DNA of 64,000 bases, taken from positions 30,690,001-30,754,000 of the forward strand of contig NC_088858.1 in the NCBI RefSeq assembly GCF_963853765.1, given 5' to 3'. How positions within the stretch are numbered: position 1 is the stretch's first letter; every line of letters begins with the position of its first letter. The notes beneath the pieces are model-generated. The model was not told where the DNA came from. It saw only the letters and a program-made list of their open reading frames with translations, and did not search any database. The position numbers and the translations under genes were made by a program. Of the stretch, positions 26,369 through 39,900 are shown one piece after another. This DNA is from Magallana gigas. Taxonomy: Eukaryota.

Positions 26369-26984
26369 AGAATAATCAATAAATTCATAAATACGCGTAT
26401 ATATTCAAGTCTTACTTTTTATAACATAACGTTACTGAGCAGTCTGATATTTCTGTTGATTCGTCCTTGTTTTACCTTCTTTTATCTTGGTTCAGGCCCC
26501 CCCCCCCCCCCCCCCCAGGTAATAATAAAAAATCTTTTATCTGATCATGTTTCACTACGTTACTTCCATATAAATGCTATACAATTATATTAAACCTGAT
26601 AAAATCTTATTCCATTACACTATGCATACATATCGATATACTGGTTATTCTTTTATCTTTTGTTTATTGAAATTAATCATGAATTTTTCTCAAAGCCCCT
26701 TTAAGCATGTAAAATATCTTAATTAAGTAGATTCATTATCTAGCTTTTCAACTTCGGTTTTTGATACATTTAATTCATATAATATAATCATATCCAATAG
26801 TATACAAAACCTATAAATAGAACTCGGACAATTAGGATGCATGGTTAATTCCACCAGTATATAAATATCACCGTTTAATGTAAACGATAAAAAATTTCAA
26901 CTAAATAAGGTTAGTTATAATTATGCTACATGCAGTAACCCCGTCTATTTCAAACAAACAAAGTGTAAACTAATGTAAATCAAA

Positions 26985-29019
26985 GTACTGAAGAACTGAA
27001 GGGAGTTGATTTTGTCGATGTTTATTTATTTTAAAATCATTGAAACGTTATTTTGCAAGACAAGTACATGTAGTTTCTAATTTGAATTACGCACATTTTT
27101 ATAATATGAATTTTTGGACTTTTTCGACAAGAATGTCGAGAAACCCCCATATGAATTATGTTAAATAATATTTAAAAATATAATTGATTCAATCAAACTA
27201 TGTATCAGTAATAGAAATATTTCTCGAAAATTGTATTGATCCAAGCAATATTACAATCTAGTCTCGTTCAACCAAACGCTCGGCTGACACCGTAAATCTC
27301 CTACAAGCAAGAGAGACTCGATCTCTGCTTGTCGGAGATCTACGGAGACAGCCGAGCGTCGAGTTGAACGAGACTATATTGAACTCTGGCGTAGGAATAC
27401 ATTTAATCTAAATAAGATTGAAAATTGATGCTAAGCATAAAAACTATAAATAATACATGCATTATTTTTTAATCATTTTTATTTTTAAAGACAAAATACA
27501 TATGCCAATATCTATACCTTTTCAGACATCCATTCAATTGAATTGAAATGCTTATTGACTTGGACTGTCATCACTCTCTTAGGTATGAAGACCTTCTTTA
27601 TGAGGGGTATCTAGAATCATGTTTAAACACATGCTTATAGGGTACTTTGGCAAAGAAAGTCTTAAATGTTCGGGTTTCTAATCCTGAGACTGGAGCTGAT
27701 TGTCGTAGAGATGAAAAATTAAAATAAAATAAGAAAAAACTGGAAAATAACAAAATGAACAAATAAGTAATAAGAATTAATAAATAATCAGTAATTAAAA
27801 GAATAAGTATTAACAGTTAAGAAATGCAAATTAACAAGCAAGTATTAAGTAATAGGAGGTAAGTATTAAACATTAATAAATAACAAGTAAGTATTAAATA
27901 ACAACAAGTAAGTAATAAGTACATGCAAGAAACAAGAAGTATATACATGTAGCTCAAGTCCTTCATATGTACCACAGTTTTGATTTGATTGGCTCTATGT
28001 TATGAAGGAAGCATTAGATACATAATGTAATTTGTAGTGTCGAGAAAAGGGAGTAGTAATTGCTAAATTATTATGATTTATGCTATCTAAACATGTGCGG
28101 AAAAGAATAACACGGATAGTTTAGTTTTATGCCCTGTTTATTTGCAGCAGTAACAAAATTAATGATCTGAAATGCCCTTGAACAAGTAATGAAACAGAAA
28201 ATATTTTGGAAACAATGCCATTGAAAATGTTCTACACACACGAACCAAATAATTGTACTAATTTTTTGTGATTTGTTAATACGTAGTCTTTGAGAACGTC
28301 ATTCAATTCAATGAATAATTCCAAAGATTCATTGGGATGAACTGGGATTTGAACACCGGGTTTTATTAAGTTCACAAGTTCTTTGAACTCTTTACTACGA
28401 GTTTCTTTCTTCTTTCCATACAAATTACATGTACATGTAATACAAACGTTAACATCTACCGCATTCACAGGTGTTTTAAGGTGTTTGTCCGTCTGTCAGT
28501 TCAGGCACAAAATATCTGTGGCCGAATTTTATGAGAATTCCTGTGATTTGCTATTCTATCCAAATCAGTGTGAAAGGCTTGCATTAAGCAAAGTCACAGA
28601 CACTCTTTCACAACGGGGTTGTCCAAGTTGAACATTCTAGTATGCTCGATATCCTTAAATAGATTAATCCACAAATGAATCCCAAGCTTCTTAAGAACTT
28701 ACTACGCCTCTTTTTCTTTGGTTTGACGTACTCTTACCATACATAAAATGTTAAACACCAGCCATAGAGTCATTTGAATGGAATCGAAAAAGAGGTTGCA
28801 AACAGCTATAATAAGGCTTTTATTTTTTGTTCCCCTCTTAATCCGCAAAACTCTTGGAACACGTTTTACATTATCTTAGCTCGAAATTTAAAACAGTTTA
28901 ATCAAATAATAACAATTAAGTCATAATGAATAAGTCGTAACTTAAGAAGTAAGTCAATATGTCCTTACAGGGCTCATAACAATTAAAAAGTAAGTCAATG
29001 TCCTCCCAGGGCTTCCGTA
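26985..29019 (-). mobile_element. IS3EU-like transposon copy B (inverted, lacking the inner end)
   Basis: Reverse complement of 17064-19325 with substitutions and indels. Minus strand reads HFMYGKSTSNQR at about 28750-28715. I found no inner TIR. Confidence 0.8.
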
Positions 29020-30214
29020 TGTTTTTGTTTTTTGTGTTTGGGGGTTTTTTTGCTTGGTTTTTTTTTTTTTTTGGTTTTTTTTTTTTTTTTTTGTAAAACG
29101 CCCGTCCGTATGAAACAGAACATTTTCCGATTTGCAACAACAACAAATTAATTAATAACCCACTTCCAATAAAGAATATTAATTGAAAAAAAAAACCAGA
29201 CAACTTGTTTATAGACAGCTGACATAAATACATGTATACTACAATTAGATATAAAGATGGCGGTGTGTGCGTCAAGTTAAAATTCCTGACGGTTTTTTTT
29301 TTGTATTAAAAAACTAATAAGTCATCATCTCTATCAACAAAGAAACGATGGCACAATGTACAGTATTTAGTTTGGCTATAGCAATAAACAAAAAAACATT
29401 TTAAAAATCTATGTGCAGTTCAGCAATTTAAGTAATGGTTATTCCATTAAGCATTCTTTCCCTTTGATCATGGTTTTCTCTGATGAATTCTTTTCCAATT
29501 TTTTATCTTTACAATGATTACCTTTGGTCATCAAATTGTTCCATTGGTTTTTGCTTCCACTAAAAACAATTAGATATGAAGCTCGGTTCAATATACCAGC
29601 GAGTTACTTTGTCCATGCAAGCTCCGAGAGAGGACCCACGTCATGGCTATGATTCTATTACATGCTATGAAACTGAGAATTTTACTTCTGTAGTAGCTTA
29701 ATATCAAAATGCACACGTATAATATATTTTGTGAAATATACATTGTGATTTTATTCATCTTCTCTTATCTGTCCATTCGCCGATTGTAATTCATAAAATG
29801 TTTATGAAATTTGTGTTTGGTGAGTTGTACGACTTAAGGCTTACCATTTTAAGAATTAAAATGGTTTGGATGTATGAACAGAAAAAAAAGAGTTTGATTG
29901 AAAATGTCATTTCCAGGCAGAGTGGTATACAAACGGTACGTGTCATTGAGATAATACCGGGTATATTAGGTAATATTTACATCTTTCAGTGTTTTGTCTG
30001 TGATTACACTACGAATCGATTTAGTACTGTACAGCCCAATAAATTAAAATGACGTACTGTCGGGACACAAGCGGGGTTTTCATTATTAATTAATATTCTA
30101 ATATTTAATCGTTCAGTTAAATATATATTTATTAAGGAACCATTCTTTGAATATTATACTGCTATAATTTTGGTCGGGGCGTGACCAAATCTATCATAAA
30201 GCCAACCAGGCTTT

Positions 30215-31040
30215 ATTGGAACCCCGCTCTGCAGGCGTCTTATAGTGATTTTTCCTTCCGTCCGTCCTTCCGTCTGTCTGTTCGTCCGAGATCGCTTATC
30301 CGGAGCATATCTTCTTCATTTGGCCCAATATGTAGTTCATTCTTCACCCATTTCTAGGTCTAAGGTTAAGGTCATAGCAGAATTATATGTAAAATCCTTG
30401 TCCAGAGCATATCCTCTCTCTCCTTGGTCCAATATGGCTCATACTTCACTAACAGAGTGTATATGGTCAAAGAGTGTGCAGTGATCTTGAATAAAGTTTG
30501 TAGGTCATGGAGGTTAAAGATTATATCAGACCACGCAAATATTCTTTTTTTCCAGAGTTTATATACTCTCCACTAAGCCTTAATTGACTCATTCTTCACA
30601 TAAACAAAGCTTTTTAGTAAGGGTATGCAAATTTCAAGGTCAAATGTGACAAAATTATTTGAAAAATCCTTGTCGGGCGCATATATATCTTCTTCCGTTT
30701 GGTCCAATCTGGCTCATACATACCCCACAGGGTGCCTTTGATCAAAAAGTATGCAGTAACCTTAAATGATGTTTGTATGTCAAGTGTCAAGGCCATGTCA
30801 GATCACACAAAAATCCTTTTTTTAAGAGTATATATACTCTCCCCTCAGCCCTATTTGGCTCATACTGCACATAAACACGGCTTTTGGGATATTTTATGGT
30901 GTGAAATGTCTTTAAAACAAGTAAATGTGAAGGTCACAGCAGATCTTTTTATAATTAGTTTTGGGCCGTACAATATTTCTTATCTGCTTAATCTTGCTGA
31001 GTTTGAACAAAAATGCCTGTATGCAAATTTCTGTTAAAAA
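30215..31040 (+). mobile_element. HINE/CvA-like non-autonomous element with TCCG/TCTG microsatellite and ~140-bp core repeats
   Basis: Begins ACCCCGC...GGCGTC, then ccgtccgtcc...gtctgtctg, then repeated TTGGYCCAAT.TGGCTCATACT units. It interrupts a copy of the hairpin element seen complete at 35173-35317. Confidence 0.6.
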
Positions 31041-31335
31041 TTATCGATATAAATATTGATGTGATTTTGCCATCTGGGAATACGCGTATAAGATACCTTG
31101 CATAATAAATTTTAGCTAAGAATAACATTTTAAAGATGAATATAATAATGGTTATGAAAAGGTGCCATTATGCAATCATAAAATGATTTTTTTCCGGGTA
31201 TGAAGATAAATAGATTGCTTTGTAAAAAATAACACACCTTGCGTTAGCGGATTATATACTTTTTGTGTGCATTTATTGCTACCTTCATTGCCTGTAGCAA
31301 ACAACAAAGAAACATTTATACTGGTTTTAAGAAAT

Positions 31336-31379
<44 letters not shown>

Positions 31380-32816
31380 GAGAGAGAGACAGAGAGTAAC
31401 CAATTCTTCTAGGCCTATTTATGTAAAATTTGGCAATTCCTGAAAGTCAGCCCGTGCAGTCCGTGATGTTCGTGCTCTCAAAATGGCTAAAATTTTCATC
31501 GATAAAAAATCCATCTTAAACCTAAGACATCAGTGTATGATATTAACATTTTGTAGTAAATGTTGCTTTATTTTTATTCAAAGTTGTTATCTAGTTAGCT
31601 AAACAATTAATGCTTTTGGAAGCAGTTTAAAAAAACTTAATCTATACACATGTACATGTATTCATAGGCGGATAAATCGTTTTAAACTGCTTTGAACTAG
31701 ATCGTGCAGATTTCAGTCTCGTCAAGTCTTTTTTTTTATAATTCACAACCGATTTTTGTACGAAATAGGAAGTAAATTTATTAGGGAATGTTAATGAAGG
31801 AACCCAAAACTGCCAGGATGTCCAGATGTAAAGTTTAAAACAGCACAGATACTTGGTCCATAAAATAGTAGCTGTTTCCGGCGATTGTCTTCTTTTACAT
31901 TAACTTTTTCCTGCACTGCATGGTTTTATTTCCGTTCGAAGTCAGGTTACTTAAAATTAATCTATACAGCTAAGTGTATCTGTATTGTTGCCACAAAAAA
32001 AGGGGGGGGGTTGGGGTTCGTACATGTAATAATAATGAAAGTTCATCAAAGGAGACATTAAATATTAAAAAGGCAATACATTTGGTACTGTATAAACATG
32101 CATCATGAACAGTTATTTGGTGATCCATAAAAAAAACTACTAGTACACAGTTGATATCAGCATTAAATGGAACAAATTTACATCATGACAATATACGATG
32201 TAAATGCTCACGATGTCATGTATAATGTGCATATGGTAAAATCCCCGTTCATTCAAACGCATTTAGAAATAAATCAGCACAGTTACGAAATAAAAAGCCA
32301 AACCTTCAAATAACAGGATTAAGAATGGTTACTTGGTTCGAAAATTCATTCTTTTTTATGTAATGAAATAAATTTGAATAAAGGTCTTACTTTTTTTTGC
32401 CGCTTTTCCGCCCTCGTCAGCTTGTATTTTCATGCCTTTTATGCAACGGTATATTTCTGCTGTTTCCATGGACACCCACAACTGCTAGCATCTAGCAATA
32501 TGATTGAGTGAAAATTGTCCTTGCATGTAATTTTTACTACTGAGAAACACTGGCGTATTAATTTCTCGAAATGTTGATAGATAAACATATATGTATAATA
32601 CATTTATTTAGCACCTGTATCACCATTTCCGTTGCAGTGTTTACTATATACATGTACATGAATCCATCATACTATCGCATCTTAAAAAATTTTACCACAT
32701 GAGAAATACCCGTTTCGCTACTTTTTATTTCAATATTAGAACCATTTTAACAAGACCGTGGACTTTTGGAACAGTAGGACGTAGCTATCAATTTCCTGCG
32801 TCAAAACAAGTTAAAC

Positions 32817-34794
32817 ACAAGTTGCTGTCCTTTAAAAAAGGACTACAATACGTGGACCATTTGCATGTGTTTCCAACGAAAAGGTGAAAGCCTTAAGATT
32901 ATCAGAGATTCCACCGACTCTAGCCTCCTGCTTTTAACCACTAAATTTGTACGTTGTATTACGTATACATGTATGTATAGCCCTGACTTTTTTATCTCAG
33001 AATTTAAAGGGTTTATACTTCTCAAATAATTATGATCTATCTATGAATGAAATTTGCATGTATAGTATCAGGCATTTGGTGAATTCTACTATTTGCGCAC
33101 ACATTACGATTCGCACTTCTTTGTTAACTATGCAGTGACAGCTTTGTGTAAGTTAAAAAATTCATATTTTGATGCATTTTTCTTGATATTTAAACTTTTA
33201 TACAGTGACATAATTATTCAATCATACTTAAAGTAGTCCGAGTATCGCACTACGTCATAATACGGATTTTACAATATTGGTTCGACTTTTACAAAGCGTT
33301 TTTGATACCCGGTATTGATTTTGCTCTACATCGCTGTTGTAAACAATGGCAATAATAAGCAATTAGAACGGTAATATATGTATTCTATGAGAGATAGAAA
33401 TGATTAATGTTGAGAAACTCGATTCTGTTAAAGTAAAATAAAAAACTTTCTGATTAACCAGGATTTCAGGTATGCTTATATCTTCTTTGTTTTGACCCCC
33501 CCCCCCCCCCCCCCCCCGAATTTTTCTTTTTCTTTTACTAAAACCAGTTTAAATTTAGAGACAGAAGCTATTTCGAATTAAATCAATCGTCAATTAATTA
33601 ATGTTTAAATGATATCTAACATTGTTGACAGATTTAGGCAGAAAACCGTAGCAAAATGTGATTTTTACAGATTTTTTCGTCAGGGTCTACTTTGTTTAGA
33701 GCTTATAGCGTGAAAAGTAATCCGTCAACATATAATTTATTTTACCAAATCTTTTTTCTAATATGTCAATCTTTAGAATAAACACCATGAATTTAAGTTT
33801 GAGTCCATAAAATAGTAAAAAACTTACCAAACGCGTACTAACAATGCATTTTTTGTATTCTATTTTGATACATCAGGTCCATAAAGCGGACTTACTTACA
33901 AAAATTTGCGCAAAATTATTGATGAGATATGGCATAAATAAATATTTATACTCTATTTTGTATGTTCAGTTCTAATTTCCCCAAAATTGGTAAATATTTT
34001 TATGAAAAACGGACGTCTGGCAAAATTCATAATTGTCATTAATTTTCGCAAGGGGGTACACCCGTCTGAGAGGTGATAACAAACAAACTAGCATGTAAAC
34101 ATATATATTTTCTTTTGTATATGTATTGCTAGAATGTATATTTATCATTTAAAGCTAAGCTTTTAATGATTGAGCCCATTTAGTGTCGAGTATAGGACTA
34201 CCTTAAATGCTTAAAGAAATTTAATCGGGAAGTTCTCTAGCCTCGCCTACTATAAAAGTAAAGTTAAGCTACATGTGTATTCGGAAAACAACAAAACATT
34301 TCAAATAATGCTATATGATGCATGCTGTAGTTTCGGCATAACATTAACTAATTTCATAATATTGATAGTTCATATCACATGCCAATCATTTTTTTTTAAA
34401 GGAATACTTTGTTTTCTGTACTGTTTACTGACAACTTTACAATAACAGCGCCTTAACCAAATGTGCTGCATAAATATCTTGGGACAGACTATAGCTGTCA
34501 CGTTTCCTTAACCCGCCTAAATACCGCTTAATCAGTCATTTATTTCAAGACATTAACCATGTATTTTATATTAATGACCCTTAATATGTGATGTTATATA
34601 TTTATTTATTAACTTATGTGTCCATATGGTACGGAATCCCGATCCCGATTCAGATAAACGTGTGCTAACATGGTTCCCTGAGCTACCCATTACGAACAGG
34701 AACCAGACTAGCTCATGCGCAGGCTGAATTTTCCCCATAGCACCCGGTTTAACCTGGCTTATATATTTTCTGCGTGGACCTCAGGGTCCACGCA
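32817..34794. mobile_element. ~2-kb insertion splitting a MITE A copy, ending in a perfect GC-rich hairpin
   Basis: MITE A 5' half 32737-32816 and 3' half 34795-34972 rejoin to the intact consensus. The insert ends TGCGTGGACC-TCAG-GGTCCACGCA. Confidence 0.6.
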
Positions 34795-35172
34795 ATGACA
34801 CGGATTCAAGCGAATATGCACCAATTGCGAAGTCTTAGCTCAAAAGCCAGACAAATCTTGTTAATTTCAGAGAGAACCATGGCTGAGTGGCTGACAATGA
34901 AATAGACAGGCCTACGTCACATTGCTTTTTAACAGAACTACCCAAAGTCCAAGCTCTTGTTAAAGTGGTTCAATTTCTTATAACACAACAAAATCCCTTT
35001 GATTGTTAATAATATATATTTACATTTCCCAGTGTCTTTGCCTGTGATAACACTACGTATCGATTTTGTACTATAAAACCCATAACTACAAATTGGGGCG
35101 CCAGCGGGGTTTTCTTAGTTATTTTTAAACAGTTAATCGTACAATGGCTTAAAATTATATAAATATAAGTAA

Positions 35173-36021
35173 TAAGGAATCATTCTTTGAATATTATGAG
35201 ATGATGATTCCGGTCGGGACGTGATCAAATCTATCATAAAGCCCTTCGGGCTTTATTGAATTTGATCACGCCCCGACCGAAATTATCACCTCATAATACT
35301 CAAAGAATGATTCCTTATTCCTTATATAAATAGTGCCTGTTTGGGAGGGTAACAGTTGAAATTGACACCTTGAGAAAACCATTGTCAACCGACGCGAAGT
35401 GGAGGTTGACAATGGTTTTCGAGGGGTGTCAATTTCAACTGTTATCCTCCCAAACAGGCACTATTTATTTTATTACACTGAATGTCTTAATTTTATATAT
35501 ATTTTTACTGCTTTTATATAGAAATGACGTGAATTCCACGGCGAACCGTACGCGCATAATTTACGCGCATGTAACAATTTGTTGTGTTACCCGTTGCTAA
35601 GTGTGTTGCTAACGCTGAGGGAAATAGAACGGATTATCAACTGCGTCTAAACCAATCAGATTTCAGTATTTAACATGAAAGTATAATAAAACGTAATATT
35701 TACCTTCACGTGACCTAAGGGGTCAATATAACATTTGATTTTCTCTACATTGGACTAAAAATAGATCGTTAATGAAACATCGCGTTTCTTAATTTCTTCG
35801 GCTTCAAACTAAAACGTTGCTTGATAACACTTTAATATAATTTAATATATGTCTGTATCAATTCGTCTCAATCATACAATAAAATAATTATTGCTGTTTT
35901 TGAGGTCAATACGATGATTTAGCTACCCTCTAAGTACGATATTCACCTCGCCTCCGGCTCGGTGAATATTGTACTTCTCGGGTAGCGAAATCATCGTATT
36001 GACCTCAAAGACAGCAATAAT
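35173..36021. repeat. Cluster of three unrelated ~135-150-bp near-perfect palindromes (35173-35317, 35328-35466, 35887-36021)
   Basis: Each can be read as a long inverted repeat with a short loop. Partial copies of the first are at about 14400-14480, 30133-30215 and 46250-46290. Confidence 0.85.
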
Positions 36022-36721
36022 TGTATAGTATCTTATATCGTTGGGAATCATATTTCTGTTGTAGAGGTAGAAAAATCAGTTTCAGAAAAGTGAAAATCGG
36101 AACCTAATATATAATTTGAACATAAATCAAAAAGTCATACTGATACAGGGTTCGAATTCCACGTGTTAAAAAGCTTGATACGATACATTATGAATGTTGA
36201 ATACGTGCTATTATGACATTATGATTCGTACAAACTCAAATATACATGTATACAAGAACTGCCCTTGGCTTGTTTATCTTGATTATAATTAGTATTATTT
36301 CTCTGAAACGATTGCTCGTTTGTTGCTATATTAACTTTTCCCCTCCAGCTTTACACACGCGCACGCTTCCCAGTTGGGTTCAATTACTTTTTCATTGGCA
36401 TACTGATAGGAATTGAAAGCGCGTACATTGAAGAAAATATAATACACTTGGAGGTATACAGTTTCTCGCTGCTGTCATATCTTGCATGGGTATATACATT
36501 GTATATTAGTACGGATGCTACAAGCGTACAAACTTAGGAATCTAATATTAACGCTCGCGGTAATCATAGTATGTTTTTCACATCAGTACTCGAGAATCGG
36601 GCGGCGGCTGTATGAATTCCCATGATTGTGTATCACTAGAGGATTAAGCTATAATGCGCATACACCCTTTCTGAAATCGGCGGGATTTATGCAACTTGCT
36701 CTTTGAGTAATCACGACAGCT

Positions 36722-36928
36722 ATGGAGAGATTTGTGTATTGGGTTTTGTTAGTTTACACCATTCTTCAATCGAGTGAGGTACGTAATGTCTTTGGATAAA
36801 TGGAGTCATTTTCAGTCAATTATCTCATTTTGCGGAGAATTCAAGCAGTCTATTTATAGCTTAGGTGATGTATGTGTGGGGGTTTTCTCGCGGTGTTTTA
36901 TTTTTTCGAAATCAATATATCTACCTGA

Positions 36929-36991
<63 letters not shown>

Positions 36992-39900
36992 TATTATAAC
37001 AATATAAAAGTAGTATTGTTTGAAACCTCATGTCATGTAGAAAACCAAATTGATTGATTCAAAAATTAAAAAAAAAATTTATTTAGGAAATTCTAATGTA
37101 TTTCTCTATTTTGTTTCAGGCAGCGCCATTAACTGTTTCGTCCGTTCTGGTAAGCTCAGTATATGTGTGTACATAAACTACAAAGGCAACAGTTGCTTCA
37201 TTAATCAGAGAACCATTATGCATGCAGTACTGTACATTCCATGCCTAGCAAGCGCACAAATGAATTTTCATTCGTTAATTCTTGGGTATTACGGCAAAAT
37301 TGCAATATACTGCTGTTCCATTTTGTCTTGCAGCTATTTTGTCGCGTTAATATAAAGCCCTTTCTCAACTAATTGCTGTCTCTTTCAATAGAAAAGCTAG
37401 AACTAACGTATTGATTGCTTGTGTAATATAACATCTCTTCTAGCTGTGATTCTGACAGATGCTATTCTGACAGTTTCCAAGGACGTGACTGCATGGTTAT
37501 CCTTACACTGCTGAGGATATAGAAAGCTCTTACGATGTTTTGCATTTAGAATTCAGCGGATTTAGAACTTTGTATACAGAATACATTTATCGCTCGGCCA
37601 GTACACTTTGCGCGTGCTATATCTTTAATCTTGCTAAGATCTGGTTTAAGTAAATGGTTCGCGATTTATTTATTTTTTGTCTGTGAATGTTACGATACCG
37701 GTATACTACATTTCAATTTTTAAAAAAAAGTTAAGACGAAAAGAGATGTTACAATGAAAAAAGAAAAAACAAACAAACTAGGGCTGACTTTTATTATAAA
37801 TATGAAAGGGTTCGGTATATGCATGTCTGTTTCAAGTATCTAGCAAGAAGCATCATTGTTTGTTATTGCTGCATATTAAGGTCAGCAGCTTTCGGAGCTA
37901 AAATTATCATCTCCTTCACACTAGGATCTACGCATGTTACTTCTTTCCAGCAATTTACTTGCCTGCTAGAAAAACATCACTGACATGATTGAATGAGCAG
38001 AAAAAGTCAATATATTGCTTGTCTTGACAGGCCCTCTCTCTCTCTCTCTCTCTCATTTTATAATTCTAGTATACATCATGTAGCTTTTGACAAATAAAAT
38101 GGTAAAAAGTTCACATTTTGAAAAAAAAACCCTCATAGTTTGAAAATTCAATTCGTTATGCAAAATGTTTGACTTTATCGATTTATTAACCAGTATTTTA
38201 TGTTGAAAACAGTGTAAAACGTATCGTAGGAGTTTCGCCTTCAAATAATGCAAAGAAAATTAATATTTTATCGCTTTATTCAAAAGGGAAGGAAAAATAG
38301 TTTTGGGTCGTTTTGTTGCCATGTGGCAGTGTAAGTTAATATTGCGGCTCTTCTAGCTTGTTTACGTACCATTTAAGTACTGTATATTGTAACAAATGCA
38401 CTTTTTCTCAAGTCTTCATATGAACATGCCTTTGCACAACTTATACTTAAATAGTGAGAGGGTTGAGGTTAGCAGAATTTTTGCTGTCCGGTTCATTTTG
38501 TTTTGCCTCTGTCTATAGAATAACGCAACATCATTGGATAAAACGGATCATATGGTTGTCGTATATATTTCTGTAGACTGCAATCAGTATAGACCGCAAC
38601 ATGGGGCCTTAACACGTCATTTTCTCATGATGTTACTTTCCTCAGTTTAATAACTTACAAAAAGTTTTAATCCTCGATAGAACAGTACATTTATTAAGTT
38701 GCTTACTCACAATCGACGAAATTTGCCGAGCCTTAAATTGACCCAAGTATCCCGACATACTATTGACAAACTTGATAAGTAAAAACAAACGTGACTGTTG
38801 TTTATCTAGTATTGATTAATACAGCAAAATAAACAACATGAATTTTGTTATATTTCGGTACGTGAGCTTACAATACAGTTTTTTTTAATTGTAGAGACTT
38901 ACATGTACATGCATTGCAGGATATATTGTATTGTATTTAATCCATGGAATAACTAGGTGAAATATGTTTGTATCAAAAATTAATTCAATTGATTATCTTT
39001 TTGATAACCCATTTTATTTAAGTATTCGTGGGTAGAAGTTTTCCGTGGATTTAACAATTCACAGTTTCACAGGATGCGTGAACTCGTCGACAGCGGTCCT
39101 CATGATGAAACATGTTGTCATAGATCTTACTCCAATGAGCTAGCTTTGGAATTTAACAACGATAAAATTCATGAAAATGAAGTACTAGGGATACTAATGA
39201 AACATCAGTATATTCAAAAAATGTTTATGCACCTCGTGTACCATTTCCATGGTATTTTAGTGAATCAACTGTATAAATGTACACACAATTATTTATATAC
39301 ACATGCACTGGGCTTGCTCACTGATAGTATACTTCAATTTACAGATTTGTTCTGCTGGCAATTACCCGTTATTTGACATCTGTCCTTTTGCTTAAAATTG
39401 CAAGGCATTTTACAGATGTCCTAGTGCTTGCTCAATCAATAATCGCTATTTTACAATTGTTTCTGCTTATACACTGTGACAATCATGCGATAGCATCTTG
39501 CCATTATATGGTAAACAGCATCTAAAACCCCAGTCACATTATTTGACGATTGAGACATAATAAGTTCATACTAAACCAGACATGTAACAAAAGTACATGC
39601 AACTTTACAATTATTATAGTATCAATTACAGTATATGTCATTTTCATCAATGGTTAAATGACATTTTTCAATATTGACATGCTTAAATGGGCATGGTCAC
39701 GATTTTGGTCAACCTCTATTTATCTGGGTTTTTTTTTTTATTTATAATGCTTAAGGAATGCATTTTTAATGATCAAATGGAATTTGAGGGTCAGCCGTAG
39801 AGTTATTAGCAAAATACAGAGCTCACAGCTATTTGTCATGTGAATAAGGCTTGTGCCCTGTTTTTCTACATATAGGTTTAATATTTCAGTAAAAAAAATT

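Larger units (their letters stand above)
17064..29019. mobile_element. Putative ~12-kb composite transposon: two inverted IS3EU-like arms enclosing a cGAS-like gene
   Basis: Starts TACGGAAGCCCTGGGAGGACATTGACTTAC and ends with its reverse complement ...GTCCTCCCAGGGCTTCCGTA. TGTTTT lies immediately on both sides (17058-17063 and 29020-29025). About 2 kb of inverted homology (17064-19325 vs 26985-29019). Confidence 0.72.

Noticed and set aside
36140-36170. B-box-like GGTTCGAATTCC (also about 25210) as a tRNA or SINE
   Set aside because: No A-box spacing or cloverleaf could be built.
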